Shown here piece after piece: positions 51,485 through 61,486 of a DNA stretch of 64,000 nt. The stretch covers positions 2,923-66,922 of the forward strand of contig JAIPJT010000004.1 of the NCBI GenBank assembly GCA_021733985.1, written 5' to 3'. The notes below the pieces were generated by a model. It saw nothing but the letters and a program-made list of their open reading frames with translations. It had not been told where the DNA came from and made no database searches. The position numbers and the translations under genes were made by a program. This DNA comes from Victivallales bacterium. Lineage in GTDB: Bacteria > Verrucomicrobiota > Lentisphaeria > Victivallales > GWF2-38-69. How positions within the stretch are numbered: the stretch's first letter is position 1; every line of letters begins with the position of its first letter.

Positions 51485-52987
51485 ATGGCTAATGAAGAAA
51501 AATCTCAAAATAATGATGATAACAAGAAAACGGGATTAAGATTTAATAAATCCATGCTGGAAAAGACTCTTGCATTAAAAAGTAAGGAGTCCGGACAACA
51601 GGCAGAAAATACAACAGGCACTGAAAAAAAGGACAATACTGAAGACAAACCGGTTAACCCTTTAGACAAAACCAGGTCTGAACAGAAGTCTGATGACGTA
51701 GAAAAAACTTCAAAGCTAAAGATGACTTCTGATAAAGAAGAGCAGTCTTTGGATAAAAATACTAAAGCCGAACCGGAAAAAACATTGAAACTTAAACCTG
51801 ATTCTAAACAGGTAAAACATAAAGAGGAAGATTCAAAAACACAAAAAGCAAAATCAACTCATGATGAAACTGTTAAACTCAAAAGAGAAAAAAACGGAAC
51901 AGCAGAGGAAGATAAAAACGTTAAGGATCAGATCGCTGAACACTCTAAGACTTCCGCGGGTTCCGATAAATCATTAAATCTAAAACTAAATAAGAAAGAC
52001 GATAAATCTTCTGCAGAACAGAGGAAAAGCTCAGAAAGCCTAAAGCGGACTATAAAGCTTAAAAGTTTATCTAAAAAAACATATGCGGGGAAACAGCCCG
52101 GCCATTTAACTACAAATACTATTAAACTGTCTCCGAAAAAAACTGATGATAAACGTAAATCCTCTTCTGATTCGGAAAAGGAAAAAACTATAAAACTGAA
52201 AACACCTGAAAAAAAGGACCCGAATTTATCGAACCTTTCAAAAACATTGAAGTTAAAGAAAAACACTAATAAAAAAGAAATTGAAGATAAAGCCGAAGGT
52301 GATGTAATTTCAACAGTTTCTTCGACAAAAGATATATCTCCTTCTAAAGTTATTAAATTAAAAACTACTGTTGATGAAGAAAAAAAAGTTGATCCAATGT
52401 CAACGCAGACAATCAAGATAAAGTCAGCTAAACCTGATACCGATAAAAAGCCTGAAAAAAAAACAGATAAAAAAGAAAGCGCTGAACCGGTAGAAAACAC
52501 TGCAAAAGTTTCTTTGGATAAAACGGAGGACTTACCCTCTATTGACGAAGGTACACAAAAACAGGAACTGGAAAAAAAGACAAAGCTGTTTGAGTCAAAG
52601 AAAGAAGAGCCGGAAGAGAAACAACCTGAGAAAACCTTAAAATTGAAACCCCAAAAAACTGAACCTGAGAGAAGGAAACCTGAACTTAAAAAAGAGAAAG
52701 ACGAAACAGTAAAAGATAATAAGGATGCTGAAAAAACAACTGCTCCGCCTGACCTTGGAGACCTGAAAAATGTTTTAAATGATTTCAAAGAGGAAAAAGA
52801 ACAAAAAGTAAAAAAAAGTATTGCCAAAAGTGCAGAGAAAAAAAAACAGGAAGTTAAAGGGAGAGTTGAGAGTACGGAAGAAGAACAGACAACATCTTTT
52901 TTTACTGTTGCAGTAGGAGCAGCAACTGTAATTGCACTTTCTATTGTTTTATATTTTGTTTTATCTTCATACCTATTCATTTCATAA
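51485..52987 (+). CDS. Lys/Glu-rich disordered protein with repeated KT(I/L)KLK motifs and a C-terminal TM anchor
   Basis: Highly charged 470-aa region, about 11 motif copies, single terminal hydrophobic helix. Confidence 0.75.
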   Translation: MANEEKSQNNDDNKKTGLRFNKSMLEKTLALKSKESGQQAENTTGTEKKDNTEDKPVNPLDKTRSEQKSDDVEKTSKLKMTSDKEEQSLDKNTKAEPEKTLKLKPDSKQVKHKEEDSKTQKAKSTHDETVKLKREKNGTAEEDKNVKDQIAEHSKTSAGSDKSLNLKLNKKDDKSSAEQRKSSESLKRTIKLKSLSKKTYAGKQPGHLTTNTIKLSPKKTDDKRKSSSDSEKEKTIKLKTPEKKDPNLSNLSKTLKLKKNTNKKEIEDKAEGDVISTVSSTKDISPSKVIKLKTTVDEEKKVDPMSTQTIKIKSAKPDTDKKPEKKTDKKESAEPVENTAKVSLDKTEDLPSIDEGTQKQELEKKTKLFESKKEEPEEKQPEKTLKLKPQKTEPERRKPELKKEKDETVKDNKDAEKTTAPPDLGDLKNVLNDFKEEKEQKVKKSIAKSAEKKKQEVKGRVESTEEEQTTSFFTVAVGAATVIALSIVLYFVLSSYLFIS

Positions 52988-53060
52988 AGATTAGTATGTT
53001 GTTGTTAACTGAATACTTTGTTCAATGTTAACCGAATTAAGAATTAACTGGGAAGAATTC

Positions 53061-53741
53061 ATGACAAAAAAAGAATATGCAGCAGCGATTGATATGACCG
53101 GACCGTTCTCTTCATGGTGTATAGCAGACCTATACGAAAAGGTAATTATTGAGGAAAAATCAATAAAAATTTCAAGAAAATCAAATTCTCTGTTTTTTAA
53201 TTCGTTTAAAAATACACTTAACGAATTAAAAATTAATATACAGGAGATAAAGAACTGGTATGTCGGAGTAGGTCCTGGAAGCTATACCGGAATACGTGTC
53301 GGGGCTTCTTTTGTCTCTGGAATTCTGTACAGTTCCCAAGAAAATATAAAAATTACAGGTGTACCTTCCTTCTTTCCGATAGCTGCGGAAGTTTCTACTG
53401 AGAATAATGGGAAAACAGGTGTGGTTTTTCAAGTTACACCTAAGTCATTGTTAATTTATAGTGTATATAAAAGGGGAGGCGTACTGAATTCATTAGATAA
53501 ACCTTTGTTGGTAAATGAAGAAAATGCAGAAGTGTTACTGGAGGAATATAGTAAAGTTGTAACGCTCCAGGATTTGAAAAATAATTTATTAGCAAAAGGT
53601 GCTTTAAAAGATAAAATAATATGTCTTAACTCCTTTCCTGTAAGAAGAATGTTTGATAAGGAATGCTGTACAAATTCTAATAATATTGAGGATCTGATTT
53701 ATATACGACCCGCCGTAACAGCTGCGGTTAATGCAGGTTAG
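53061..53741 (+). CDS. tsaB: tRNA threonylcarbamoyladenosine biosynthesis protein TsaB
   Basis: AIDMT, VGVGPGSYTGIRVG, C-terminal IYIRP. Confidence 0.85.
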   Translation: MTKKEYAAAIDMTGPFSSWCIADLYEKVIIEEKSIKISRKSNSLFFNSFKNTLNELKINIQEIKNWYVGVGPGSYTGIRVGASFVSGILYSSQENIKITGVPSFFPIAAEVSTENNGKTGVVFQVTPKSLLIYSVYKRGGVLNSLDKPLLVNEENAEVLLEEYSKVVTLQDLKNNLLAKGALKDKIICLNSFPVRRMFDKECCTNSNNIEDLIYIRPAVTAAVNAG

Positions 53742-53854
53742 TGAACAAAAATTAGAGTTGAACTTTGTACAACGAAGCTTAATCATTTCTGAAGCCTTAA
53801 TGTTTATCTTTAAAAAAAATACTGATAGTATAACAGTGTAGAAAATGAGGAAAA

Positions 53855-54472
53855 TTGATGTGTAAATATGTAATTATATCCGTTCTGGTCTTTAGTGTAT
53901 TTTTTACTGGCTGCCAGAAGATTAAAATTGATTATGTTGGACAAAACGATCCTAAAACAAAATTTGCTAAACTGTATTTTGGAAAAAATGAGGTAAATAA
54001 ACCTTACAAGGTCATAGGAAAAGCAATTATCAGGGCATCTACCTCCTTCAGTTCAGTTGATATACAAAAAAAATTAAGAAGAACTGCTGAAGCAAAAGGT
54101 GCCGATGCTGTAATAATACTTTCTTATAAAGAGGTTCCTGCTGGAATGTATGCGTACAATAATTATCCAATGTGGGGAATGTACGATGGGATGTACGGTT
54201 GGGGCGGAATGGGATGTATGCCCTGCAACTACGGACCTTACTGGGGTGAAATGAATTATCCCGGTATGGGGGGGAAGGGTGAAGAATCAGTGCAGTGTTA
54301 TTATGATTATTTAATAAAAACATTATTTGTCAGATTCAAAAATAATGACAGCACCGAACCATTATTAACCGGGAAAACTGTAAAACATTTGAAAGATCAA
54401 GGTAATTCTGGGGGCGCTATGAAAAAATTTTTATCAGAAAAAAAGTATAGAAAAAGTACTAAAAAGTTTTAG
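53855..54472 (+). CDS. Lipoprotein with YbjQ-like fold and a Gly/Met/Tyr/Trp-rich insert
   Basis: Lipobox FTGC; AEAKGADAVII; GMY-rich segment containing CMPC. Confidence 0.65.
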   Translation: MMCKYVIISVLVFSVFFTGCQKIKIDYVGQNDPKTKFAKLYFGKNEVNKPYKVIGKAIIRASTSFSSVDIQKKLRRTAEAKGADAVIILSYKEVPAGMYAYNNYPMWGMYDGMYGWGGMGCMPCNYGPYWGEMNYPGMGGKGEESVQCYYDYLIKTLFVRFKNNDSTEPLLTGKTVKHLKDQGNSGGAMKKFLSEKKYRKSTKKF

Positions 54473-54555
54473 CTCTTAACTTAATATTCTTTAGATCCTG
54501 TGCCGGTCTACCTATAGGAATTTAACGTATAATTTAAATGGAGATTAAAGGAGAA

Positions 54556-55743
54556 ATGGAAGTAAAAACTAATTTATTTGCTGCTGCAGTTTTATTATTT
54601 TGCCTAATGTGTTCAAACTTAACCGGTGTCGAAGTCGGTGAAAAAGCACCACCGCTTAAAGTTGCTAAATGGATTAAAAATGAACCTGTTGATTATCTGA
54701 AAAGAAAAGACGAAGGTATTGAAAAGGATATTGTAGTATTATGCTTCTGGGCTACATGGAGCGAGACAACAGATAATCTGATAAGATTTATGAATACTGA
54801 AAAAGAAGTATATCAGAAAGAGAATGTTGTTTTTATTGCACTTTCAAACGAAAGAACAAGATTAATAGAAAGATATGTAAAATCAAATAAAAATATTAGT
54901 TTTGCAGTAGGTGCGGATAAAAAATCTGAAACTTATGATGAATATATGATAGGGACAAGTGGTGTTCCTATGTTTTTTATAATTGATAAATCCAGGGATT
55001 TGTTATGGAAAGGTTCTCCTTTCGCTGTTGACAGAATACTTTCAAGAGTGGTTACCGGCACTTATGATGAGGAAAAAGAAAACAAAATAGAGAAAATCAG
55101 AGAAAAACTGCAGCGGTCAATACAATATTTAAATTTTAATCGCCAGAATGAACTTGCGGAGGAAATTCTTAAAATTGATCCCATAGACCAGATGGCCATA
55201 AATAATATAGTAGATAATTATATAAGAAAAGACGAAATAGATAAAGCGATAAAGTTTATAATGGAAAGGATCAAACTGGCCAATTATAATCAATTTGTTG
55301 CAAGGTCAATGTACTTTAACCTGCTGACTATAATTCAGGGGCTTGATAACGAAAAGGGAAAGAAATATTTAAAAGAATGCATTGATGGATATTTCGAAGC
55401 TTTTAAAAATAATCCTGAAGCACTCAACTCTTTTTCAGTTGCGATCGTGCAGGGGATGCCTATGTCGATTGTACCGCTGAATAAGATATATAAAATGGTA
55501 TCACATGTTATAAAGCTACAGAAAAATATTAATCCGAAAGCTAATAAAGAACTGGGGATATATTATCGTTCAATGGCAAAAATTTTTTATTTGACCGGTA
55601 TGCTTGACAGGGCTGTCGAAGTACAAAAAAAATCGCTGGAATACCTTAAAAAAACAAAGGATAATGAATATGTTAAACAGGCAGAGCTTCTTTTAAAATA
55701 TTATAAATCAGCAATAGAAATAAAAAAAAAGTTGAGCGTTTAA
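54556..55743 (+). CDS. Exported TlpA-like thioredoxin-fold + helical/TPR-like protein lacking CXXC
   Basis: VGEKAPPL, FWATWSETT (vs FWATWCxxC), GVPMFFIIDK; helical C-terminal region. Confidence 0.75.
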   Translation: MEVKTNLFAAAVLLFCLMCSNLTGVEVGEKAPPLKVAKWIKNEPVDYLKRKDEGIEKDIVVLCFWATWSETTDNLIRFMNTEKEVYQKENVVFIALSNERTRLIERYVKSNKNISFAVGADKKSETYDEYMIGTSGVPMFFIIDKSRDLLWKGSPFAVDRILSRVVTGTYDEEKENKIEKIREKLQRSIQYLNFNRQNELAEEILKIDPIDQMAINNIVDNYIRKDEIDKAIKFIMERIKLANYNQFVARSMYFNLLTIIQGLDNEKGKKYLKECIDGYFEAFKNNPEALNSFSVAIVQGMPMSIVPLNKIYKMVSHVIKLQKNINPKANKELGIYYRSMAKIFYLTGMLDRAVEVQKKSLEYLKKTKDNEYVKQAELLLKYYKSAIEIKKKLSV

Positions 55744-55909
55744 CTTGCGATTCTCATGTTTAGCATTAGCCTCAAGAATAGGAGCATTGAAAAATGTTTT
55801 CTTTGAATTTGCCCTTTCTTTTGTGCCTGATTTCTAAGTATATTAAACAAAATTGTGGTTTTGTTTAGTAAACCACATAAAAATAAAAATATTGAATGTA
55901 CACACCGTG

Positions 55910-56659
55910 TTAAAATTGACACAGGATTGCAACTGTAAATAATCCGGTGGTTTCACTTATTTCACAGACAGCACCTAAAACATCTCCGTTAATGCCGCCA
56001 ATATATCTGTATGAAATTTTTACTAAATATAACATAATAGCAGTCATAATAAACAATGCTGCTATAGTATTAATAAAAAACAGACATGGAAGGGTAAGGG
56101 TAAACGAGATAAGAAATGTTTTTTTACTCACTTTACCTATAATTAAACTTCCAAGACCTTTATTTTCAGACGGTTTGAAGTAGTGTGCAGCAAAAACAAG
56201 AAGCATTCGGGCTAAAACAATAACTGCAGAGGCCTGAAAAAAAGCTTTATTCCTGTAAATTACAGAAAAAGCTGAAAATTTTAAAATTAGAAGAATTATA
56301 ATACCTGTAACTCCAAAACTGCCGACTCTCGGGTCATGCATAATTTCAAGTCGTTTTTCCCGCCCTGCATGACTTCCAAAACCGTCACAAATATCTGCAA
56401 AACCGTCTAAATGCATAGCACCGGTTGTAATGATAAGGCATAATACTGACCATGAAGCAAGTAGAAGTGGAGAAGCATTAATATTTATCAGGTATAAAAA
56501 ATAACCGGGGAAAATAGTTAGTATTGCTATAATATATCCGCATCCCGGAAAAAAGGCGCAGCTTTCTGTCCAGTCAGCCTTATCAATATCTAAATTATTA
56601 ACCGGTATCCTTGTAAGTAATGATAATGATAACTTAAAATTTTCAAAAATTTTTGACAT
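55910..56659 (-). CDS. cobS: Adenosylcobinamide-GDP ribazoletransferase (cobalamin synthase)
   Basis: LLTRIP, TGAMHLDGFADICDG, IMHDPRVGSFG, GGINGDVLGA. Confidence 0.95.
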   Translation of the reverse strand: MSKIFENFKLSLSLLTRIPVNNLDIDKADWTESCAFFPGCGYIIAILTIFPGYFLYLININASPLLLASWSVLCLIITTGAMHLDGFADICDGFGSHAGREKRLEIMHDPRVGSFGVTGIIILLILKFSAFSVIYRNKAFFQASAVIVLARMLLVFAAHYFKPSENKGLGSLIIGKVSKKTFLISFTLTLPCLFFINTIAALFIMTAIMLYLVKISYRYIGGINGDVLGAVCEISETTGLFTVAILCQF

Positions 56660-56670
56660 TGCGGCTTTTC

Positions 56671-58272
56671 TTAATTTTTATTTTCCGGAGGAAGAATTCC
56701 TATGCCAATTATTACATAACGTGGATAATCAGGGAAAAATCCGGTTTTAACCATGAACTTATAGATAACAGGAAAATGATCATGTAAAAAGGCTCGCAGG
56801 TACGGTCGGGTATCTTTGTCTGGAATACCTACTTTTTGAAATTTGTAGTTTCCTAAAACTTTAAGTTCAGGATAAGTCTTTTTTAAGCTTTCGAGTTTAT
56901 CCTCTGATAACGGAGATTTACCTCCCGTAGGAGTTACCCACCAGGTGAACATAGCTCCGTTCTTCTTGAAATCTTCAAGGTTAAGCCATTCAGAGTCTTT
57001 CAGACTCCAATCTATAAAAGGTATTGGTTTATCTTTGGAATAAGTACATATTGATACAATAAGATAGTGTGAGCCGGCAATATACTTTAGTTTTTTATGA
57101 TATTTATTATGCCATATATTAGTAACTTTATTTGCTATCTTTTCTCCCGGGAAATAGTTCCAAAGTCTGTAATTACCATTCATGTTGGCAGCCCAGTATC
57201 CATAATAAACAGAATATGAAACAGAAATTATTATTATGATAGGAATCAGCAGAAGTAAAAAACGTTTAAAAACTTTCTTTGTGATTTTCGGTTTGATAGA
57301 AGCCATCACTATTATCCCTACAAGTGAAAAGCATGGCCTCCCCCAGCGAACAACAAGTTCCTCAGAGGTTAAAAGTGGGGATATGAATGCGATAAAAAAA
57401 GGTCCTAATCCCATATAAAGGAGGAATTTTTTATTGAAACTGCCGATTTTATTTCCTTTTTTACGCTCAGCTAATAGAAAAGTTAATGACAGTAGTAAAA
57501 ATAATGATAAAAAGCCAAGGTGTGCAGCGGCAAAGTTCAGGCTTGACAGGATGCTTTCAAAAAAAGTATAGCCGCCATCGCTTGTGGATCTATATGCATA
57601 AGCTATTTCCTGAAAACCGTTTTCATAAGACCATATCATGTGAGGGGTTATTAAAATTAAAAAAAGAAGGCCGCATAAATAAATTCCCGGTTTTTTAAGG
57701 TTTTCTCTTCCTTCTTCGGTGAATATGCACATAAGGGCCATAGGAATATATATTAATAAGGCCTGGTATTTAGCGTAAAATGAAAGAGCGCAGAACAAGC
57801 CTACAAGCAGCCACTGGTATAATTTTTTTTCTCTGAGAGCAATATAAAAAGTAAGTATAGTCAGACCCCAGCAGGGAAACTGCATTGTGTCAGGGGTTAT
57901 GGATACGTTAAAAATATTATAGTACAGTGTGGCATCCAGTAACATTACACTGATTAATGCCTGTACAGGAGGCAGAATCCTGTTCGCAAGTTTCCATACA
58001 GCCCAGAATGATATAAAAGTTAATAACGCGGCACCTAAAAAAAGCTGAAAATTAATAAAAGGGCCGGCATCTGAAAATAAAGCTGCAACCCAGCAGGAAA
58101 GAGGGGGATGTTTACTGTATCCGAGCTGCCACTGGTTTCCCCAGGCTATAGTTTCCATTGTATCGCTGAATAAATTTTGCCAGGTAGCAGTCGGGATGAT
58201 AGTCCACAATGCTACATGCAGGCCCGAAAATAAATAGAACCACTTCTTTGTATTTATTTTTATTTCTTCCAT
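56671..58272 (-). CDS. ArnT/Rgt-like (GT-C fold) membrane glycosyltransferase
   Basis: D..E..AWG..WQLGYSKHPPL, KYQ, PHMIW; multiple TMs. Confidence 0.8.
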   Translation of the reverse strand: MEEIKINTKKWFYLFSGLHVALWTIIPTATWQNLFSDTMETIAWGNQWQLGYSKHPPLSCWVAALFSDAGPFINFQLFLGAALLTFISFWAVWKLANRILPPVQALISVMLLDATLYYNIFNVSITPDTMQFPCWGLTILTFYIALREKKLYQWLLVGLFCALSFYAKYQALLIYIPMALMCIFTEEGRENLKKPGIYLCGLLFLILITPHMIWSYENGFQEIAYAYRSTSDGGYTFFESILSSLNFAAAHLGFLSLFLLLSLTFLLAERKKGNKIGSFNKKFLLYMGLGPFFIAFISPLLTSEELVVRWGRPCFSLVGIIVMASIKPKITKKVFKRFLLLLIPIIIIISVSYSVYYGYWAANMNGNYRLWNYFPGEKIANKVTNIWHNKYHKKLKYIAGSHYLIVSICTYSKDKPIPFIDWSLKDSEWLNLEDFKKNGAMFTWWVTPTGGKSPLSEDKLESLKKTYPELKVLGNYKFQKVGIPDKDTRPYLRAFLHDHFPVIYKFMVKTGFFPDYPRYVIIGIGILPPENKN

Positions 58273-58275
58273 TTG

Positions 58276-59877
58276 TTACCTTTTACATTTTTGTTTGTTT
58301 GGCAGTACCATAACTATTTTAATTTTTATAGGATCAATTTTTTCTTTCAAAAACGGTAGATACTTTGAAAGTTCGAGAATTTTTTTTCTGATTTGAGGGT
58401 GATTCCTGTATTGTTCGAATATGGAACCATTAAGCCAGGGAACCTCTTTGACCGGAAGGACTTTTATCCTGGCGTCAAACTTGTCTTTTATTCTATCAAT
58501 AATTTTATCTGTATTTTTTTCGTTGTGTTCCCAAATAAATAAAGCTCCGTTTTCTTGAATGTCATCTTTACTTGTCCAGGGGGATTTCGAACTGCAGAAC
58601 AGCTCATATGTACTGGGCCTGGATTTCAGGTAACTGTTTACAAATGATTTATAGTCCGGACCGAAACCTCCTACATATTTGAAGGGGAGGGAAGTATGTT
58701 TGTGCCATAAATTGTTACATAAAATTGCAATATTTTTACCCGGAAACTGTATATGAACGGTTTTTCCGTTTATGACCGGGGGGAGAAATTGTGTCAGGAA
58801 TGCAATAATTATAGATGGAATTATAATTGTTAAAAAACAGAATACTATAACAAATTTAGAACGAAATTTATTCAGGTTTATATCGGGTCTGAAAAAATAA
58901 AGAAGAGCTGTCATTGTAAAATTAAAAAAAGTCATAGTCCAGTAAGGATTCACGTGTACGCCCAATAGGAGGGTCAGAAAAAAAGTGAAGACAAAAGAAC
59001 CGAGCAGCACCAGTATAACAAATGTTGTATTTTGAAAATTTCTTTCGATTTTTTCATCTTTGCCGTTTTTGAAACATAGTATAACTGTAATTATAATTAA
59101 CGGTATCGCCGGCAATATTATGTTAACAATATAATCAAGCGGCCAGTGTATATGGTCCCAAATGGATTTAACTGTAAAAAAGACGTCAGTTTTACCAAAG
59201 GCATAATTTACAGGTTCAAAATCATTATTAAAAAGCCAGATTAAGTGTGGTGTTATAATAAAAAAATATAAGATGAAAGCAAGGAGAAAGCCTACGCTTA
59301 AGATTTGCTTTCTTATATCCCTGTTTATTATAAAGTAGACGAGAGCCGGAAGAAAGATAAATGCACCTACATATTTTGCCAGAACAGATAAACCTGCAAG
59401 AACTCCAATTACACACCAGTTAAAAACAGAGTATTTTCTGGATACTTTATAAATAAATAATATTAATAAGGCTGAAATCGGAAAACTGATTACGTTCGGA
59501 TTAAAAGTACAGGTCGGGAACGAATAATAATATATTGTGGAAATTGAAATTACACTTATTAATGCGTAATTTTCGTTCATCATGTTTTTTGACAGTTTCC
59601 ATACAGCTATAAAAGTAATAATTATACATATTTGCGCTAAAGCGTAGAGCGTGAAACCGGGACTTCCCTGAAGTACTACTGCTAAATTAGACAGCCAGGC
59701 AGCTAAAGGTGGATGTTTATAATATCCCCACTGCCATTCACAGCCCCAGGCTACTCCTTCTGAAGTATCAAGAGGGATTGTTTTTAAAAAAATTGAAGGT
59801 ATAACTGCCCAGAAGAAAAACTGGCAGATAAGGAATGCATAAAAGATTTTTGATTGCTTAGAAAAACTTTTTTCCAT
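58276..59877 (-). CDS. ArnT/Rgt-like (GT-C fold) membrane glycosyltransferase, tandem paralogue
   Basis: DTSEGVAWG.EWQWGYYKHPPL, KYV, PHLIWL. Confidence 0.8.
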   Translation of the reverse strand: MEKSFSKQSKIFYAFLICQFFFWAVIPSIFLKTIPLDTSEGVAWGCEWQWGYYKHPPLAAWLSNLAVVLQGSPGFTLYALAQICIIITFIAVWKLSKNMMNENYALISVISISTIYYYSFPTCTFNPNVISFPISALLILFIYKVSRKYSVFNWCVIGVLAGLSVLAKYVGAFIFLPALVYFIINRDIRKQILSVGFLLAFILYFFIITPHLIWLFNNDFEPVNYAFGKTDVFFTVKSIWDHIHWPLDYIVNIILPAIPLIIITVILCFKNGKDEKIERNFQNTTFVILVLLGSFVFTFFLTLLLGVHVNPYWTMTFFNFTMTALLYFFRPDINLNKFRSKFVIVFCFLTIIIPSIIIAFLTQFLPPVINGKTVHIQFPGKNIAILCNNLWHKHTSLPFKYVGGFGPDYKSFVNSYLKSRPSTYELFCSSKSPWTSKDDIQENGALFIWEHNEKNTDKIIDRIKDKFDARIKVLPVKEVPWLNGSIFEQYRNHPQIRKKILELSKYLPFLKEKIDPIKIKIVMVLPNKQKCKR

Positions 59878-60254
59878 GGTAAAATATCCTGATAATAAAA
59901 TGATAATATTGAAGATATATTATATGATAAGTTTTAGATATGTCTATGGGGATTTGTCGGTTTTAAAATTATTTCTTTGTAAATCTGTTTATAATTTTTC
60001 TATCCGGATGTTTATGAAGACCGAGCTTATTTATCCAATATGCGCTGTTTGTCATATATGACCTCAAATTAGGCTGTACTTCGCCACTTTAATCCAACAA
60101 TGTTGATTATTCTATATAAATTATTAAAACGTATTATGAAAAAAAGTTCAGACTGTTTTTTTTTAAAAAATTTAGTTTTTATATCTGTAAAAGCATTGTG
60201 AATATAATAAAATGAACTTATCATTCTTTTTAGTTAAAAATCTTAATAATAAAA

Positions 60255-61448
60255 ATGGGAAAAATCAAGATGGAGAGTGCTTTAGTCAGTGATTCTTTTG
60301 GTATTATTGCAGTATTAATAGCTGTTCCTGCGGTAATTTATACAATGGCAAATTCTAAAACTTTTGGTAAACTGTTTACTATCATACCATCCTTAGTTTT
60401 TGCCTATTTCATACCTACTGTTTTATCTGCATGCAACGTTATCCCTGTTGATGCACCTATTTATACAGCCATAAAAAGATATTTACTTCCGGCAAGTTTA
60501 CTTCTGCTTACTATTTCTGTAGATATCAAAGGAATTTTCGGTTTGGGATATAAGGCTTTAGTTATGTTTTTTGCGGCTACAGCAGGTGTTGTTATCGGAG
60601 GACCGATTTCTTTAATTATTTTCAAGAATGCCCTGCCGGCAGATGTCTGGACCGGTATGTCTGCTTTGGCGGGTTCATGGATAGGGGGCGGTGCTAATTT
60701 TATTGCAATTGGAAATGCTGTAGGAGCTACAAGTACAATGTTGGGAATGATGGTGATTGTTGATGTACTGTCTTCAAATATTTGGCGCGGATGTATTTTC
60801 TTTCTTGCCGGAAAAGCGCGGACTGTTGATAGGTTGTTCAAAGCTGATACAAATTCCATTGATGAACTTGTAGAGAAAACGGTTGAATTTCAGGAATCAA
60901 CCAGAAGGATTCCAACAACAGTGGATTATATGGTGATGATAGGCGGAACTTTTATTATTACGTGGCTGGCATTAAAAGCAGGTAAAGCATTACCTGAGAT
61001 AGGAAGTATTATTTCCCACGGTACATGGGGGTTAATAATAATTACTTCTTTAGGTGTGCTTTTTTCATTTACTAAAATAAAAAATTATGACGGTGCCGGG
61101 GCATCGAAACTGGGATCTGTTCTATTATACATGCTGATAGGTGTAATCGGGGCAGGGGCTAATGTAAAAGAGGTTGTCCATTATCCTTTACTTTTTGCTA
61201 TGGGGATCACCTGGATAACAGTTCATGTAATAGTTATGATTGTTACAATGAAATTAATTAAAGCACCGTTGTTTTTTATGGCTGTCGGTTCTCAGGCAAA
61301 TGTCGGCGGTGCAGCATCTGCTCCCATTGTTGCTTCTGCTTTTCATCCTGCATTAGCTTCTGTGGGTGTAATGCTTGGTATTGCGGGTTACGTAATGGGG
61401 ACTTATGCCGCGTTGCTTTGTGCATGGCTTCTTAAATTAGTGTCTTGA
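60255..61448 (+). CDS. DUF819 family membrane protein
   Basis: LAGSWIGGGAN, GSQANVGGAASAP. Confidence 0.88.
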   Translation: MGKIKMESALVSDSFGIIAVLIAVPAVIYTMANSKTFGKLFTIIPSLVFAYFIPTVLSACNVIPVDAPIYTAIKRYLLPASLLLLTISVDIKGIFGLGYKALVMFFAATAGVVIGGPISLIIFKNALPADVWTGMSALAGSWIGGGANFIAIGNAVGATSTMLGMMVIVDVLSSNIWRGCIFFLAGKARTVDRLFKADTNSIDELVEKTVEFQESTRRIPTTVDYMVMIGGTFIITWLALKAGKALPEIGSIISHGTWGLIIITSLGVLFSFTKIKNYDGAGASKLGSVLLYMLIGVIGAGANVKEVVHYPLLFAMGITWITVHVIVMIVTMKLIKAPLFFMAVGSQANVGGAASAPIVASAFHPALASVGVMLGIAGYVMGTYAALLCAWLLKLVS

Positions 61449-61486
61449 TTTAAAATATACAAAATAATAACGGGAGGGAATTATAG

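Noticed and set aside
51928-52980. 350-aa antisense ORF rich in Phe/Ser/Leu
   Set aside because: Mirror of the A-rich Lys/Glu gene on the plus strand; composition explains the lack of stops.
54748-54771. Selenocysteine recoding at the thioredoxin active site
   Set aside because: Codons read AGC GAG ACA ACA; there is no in-frame TGA.
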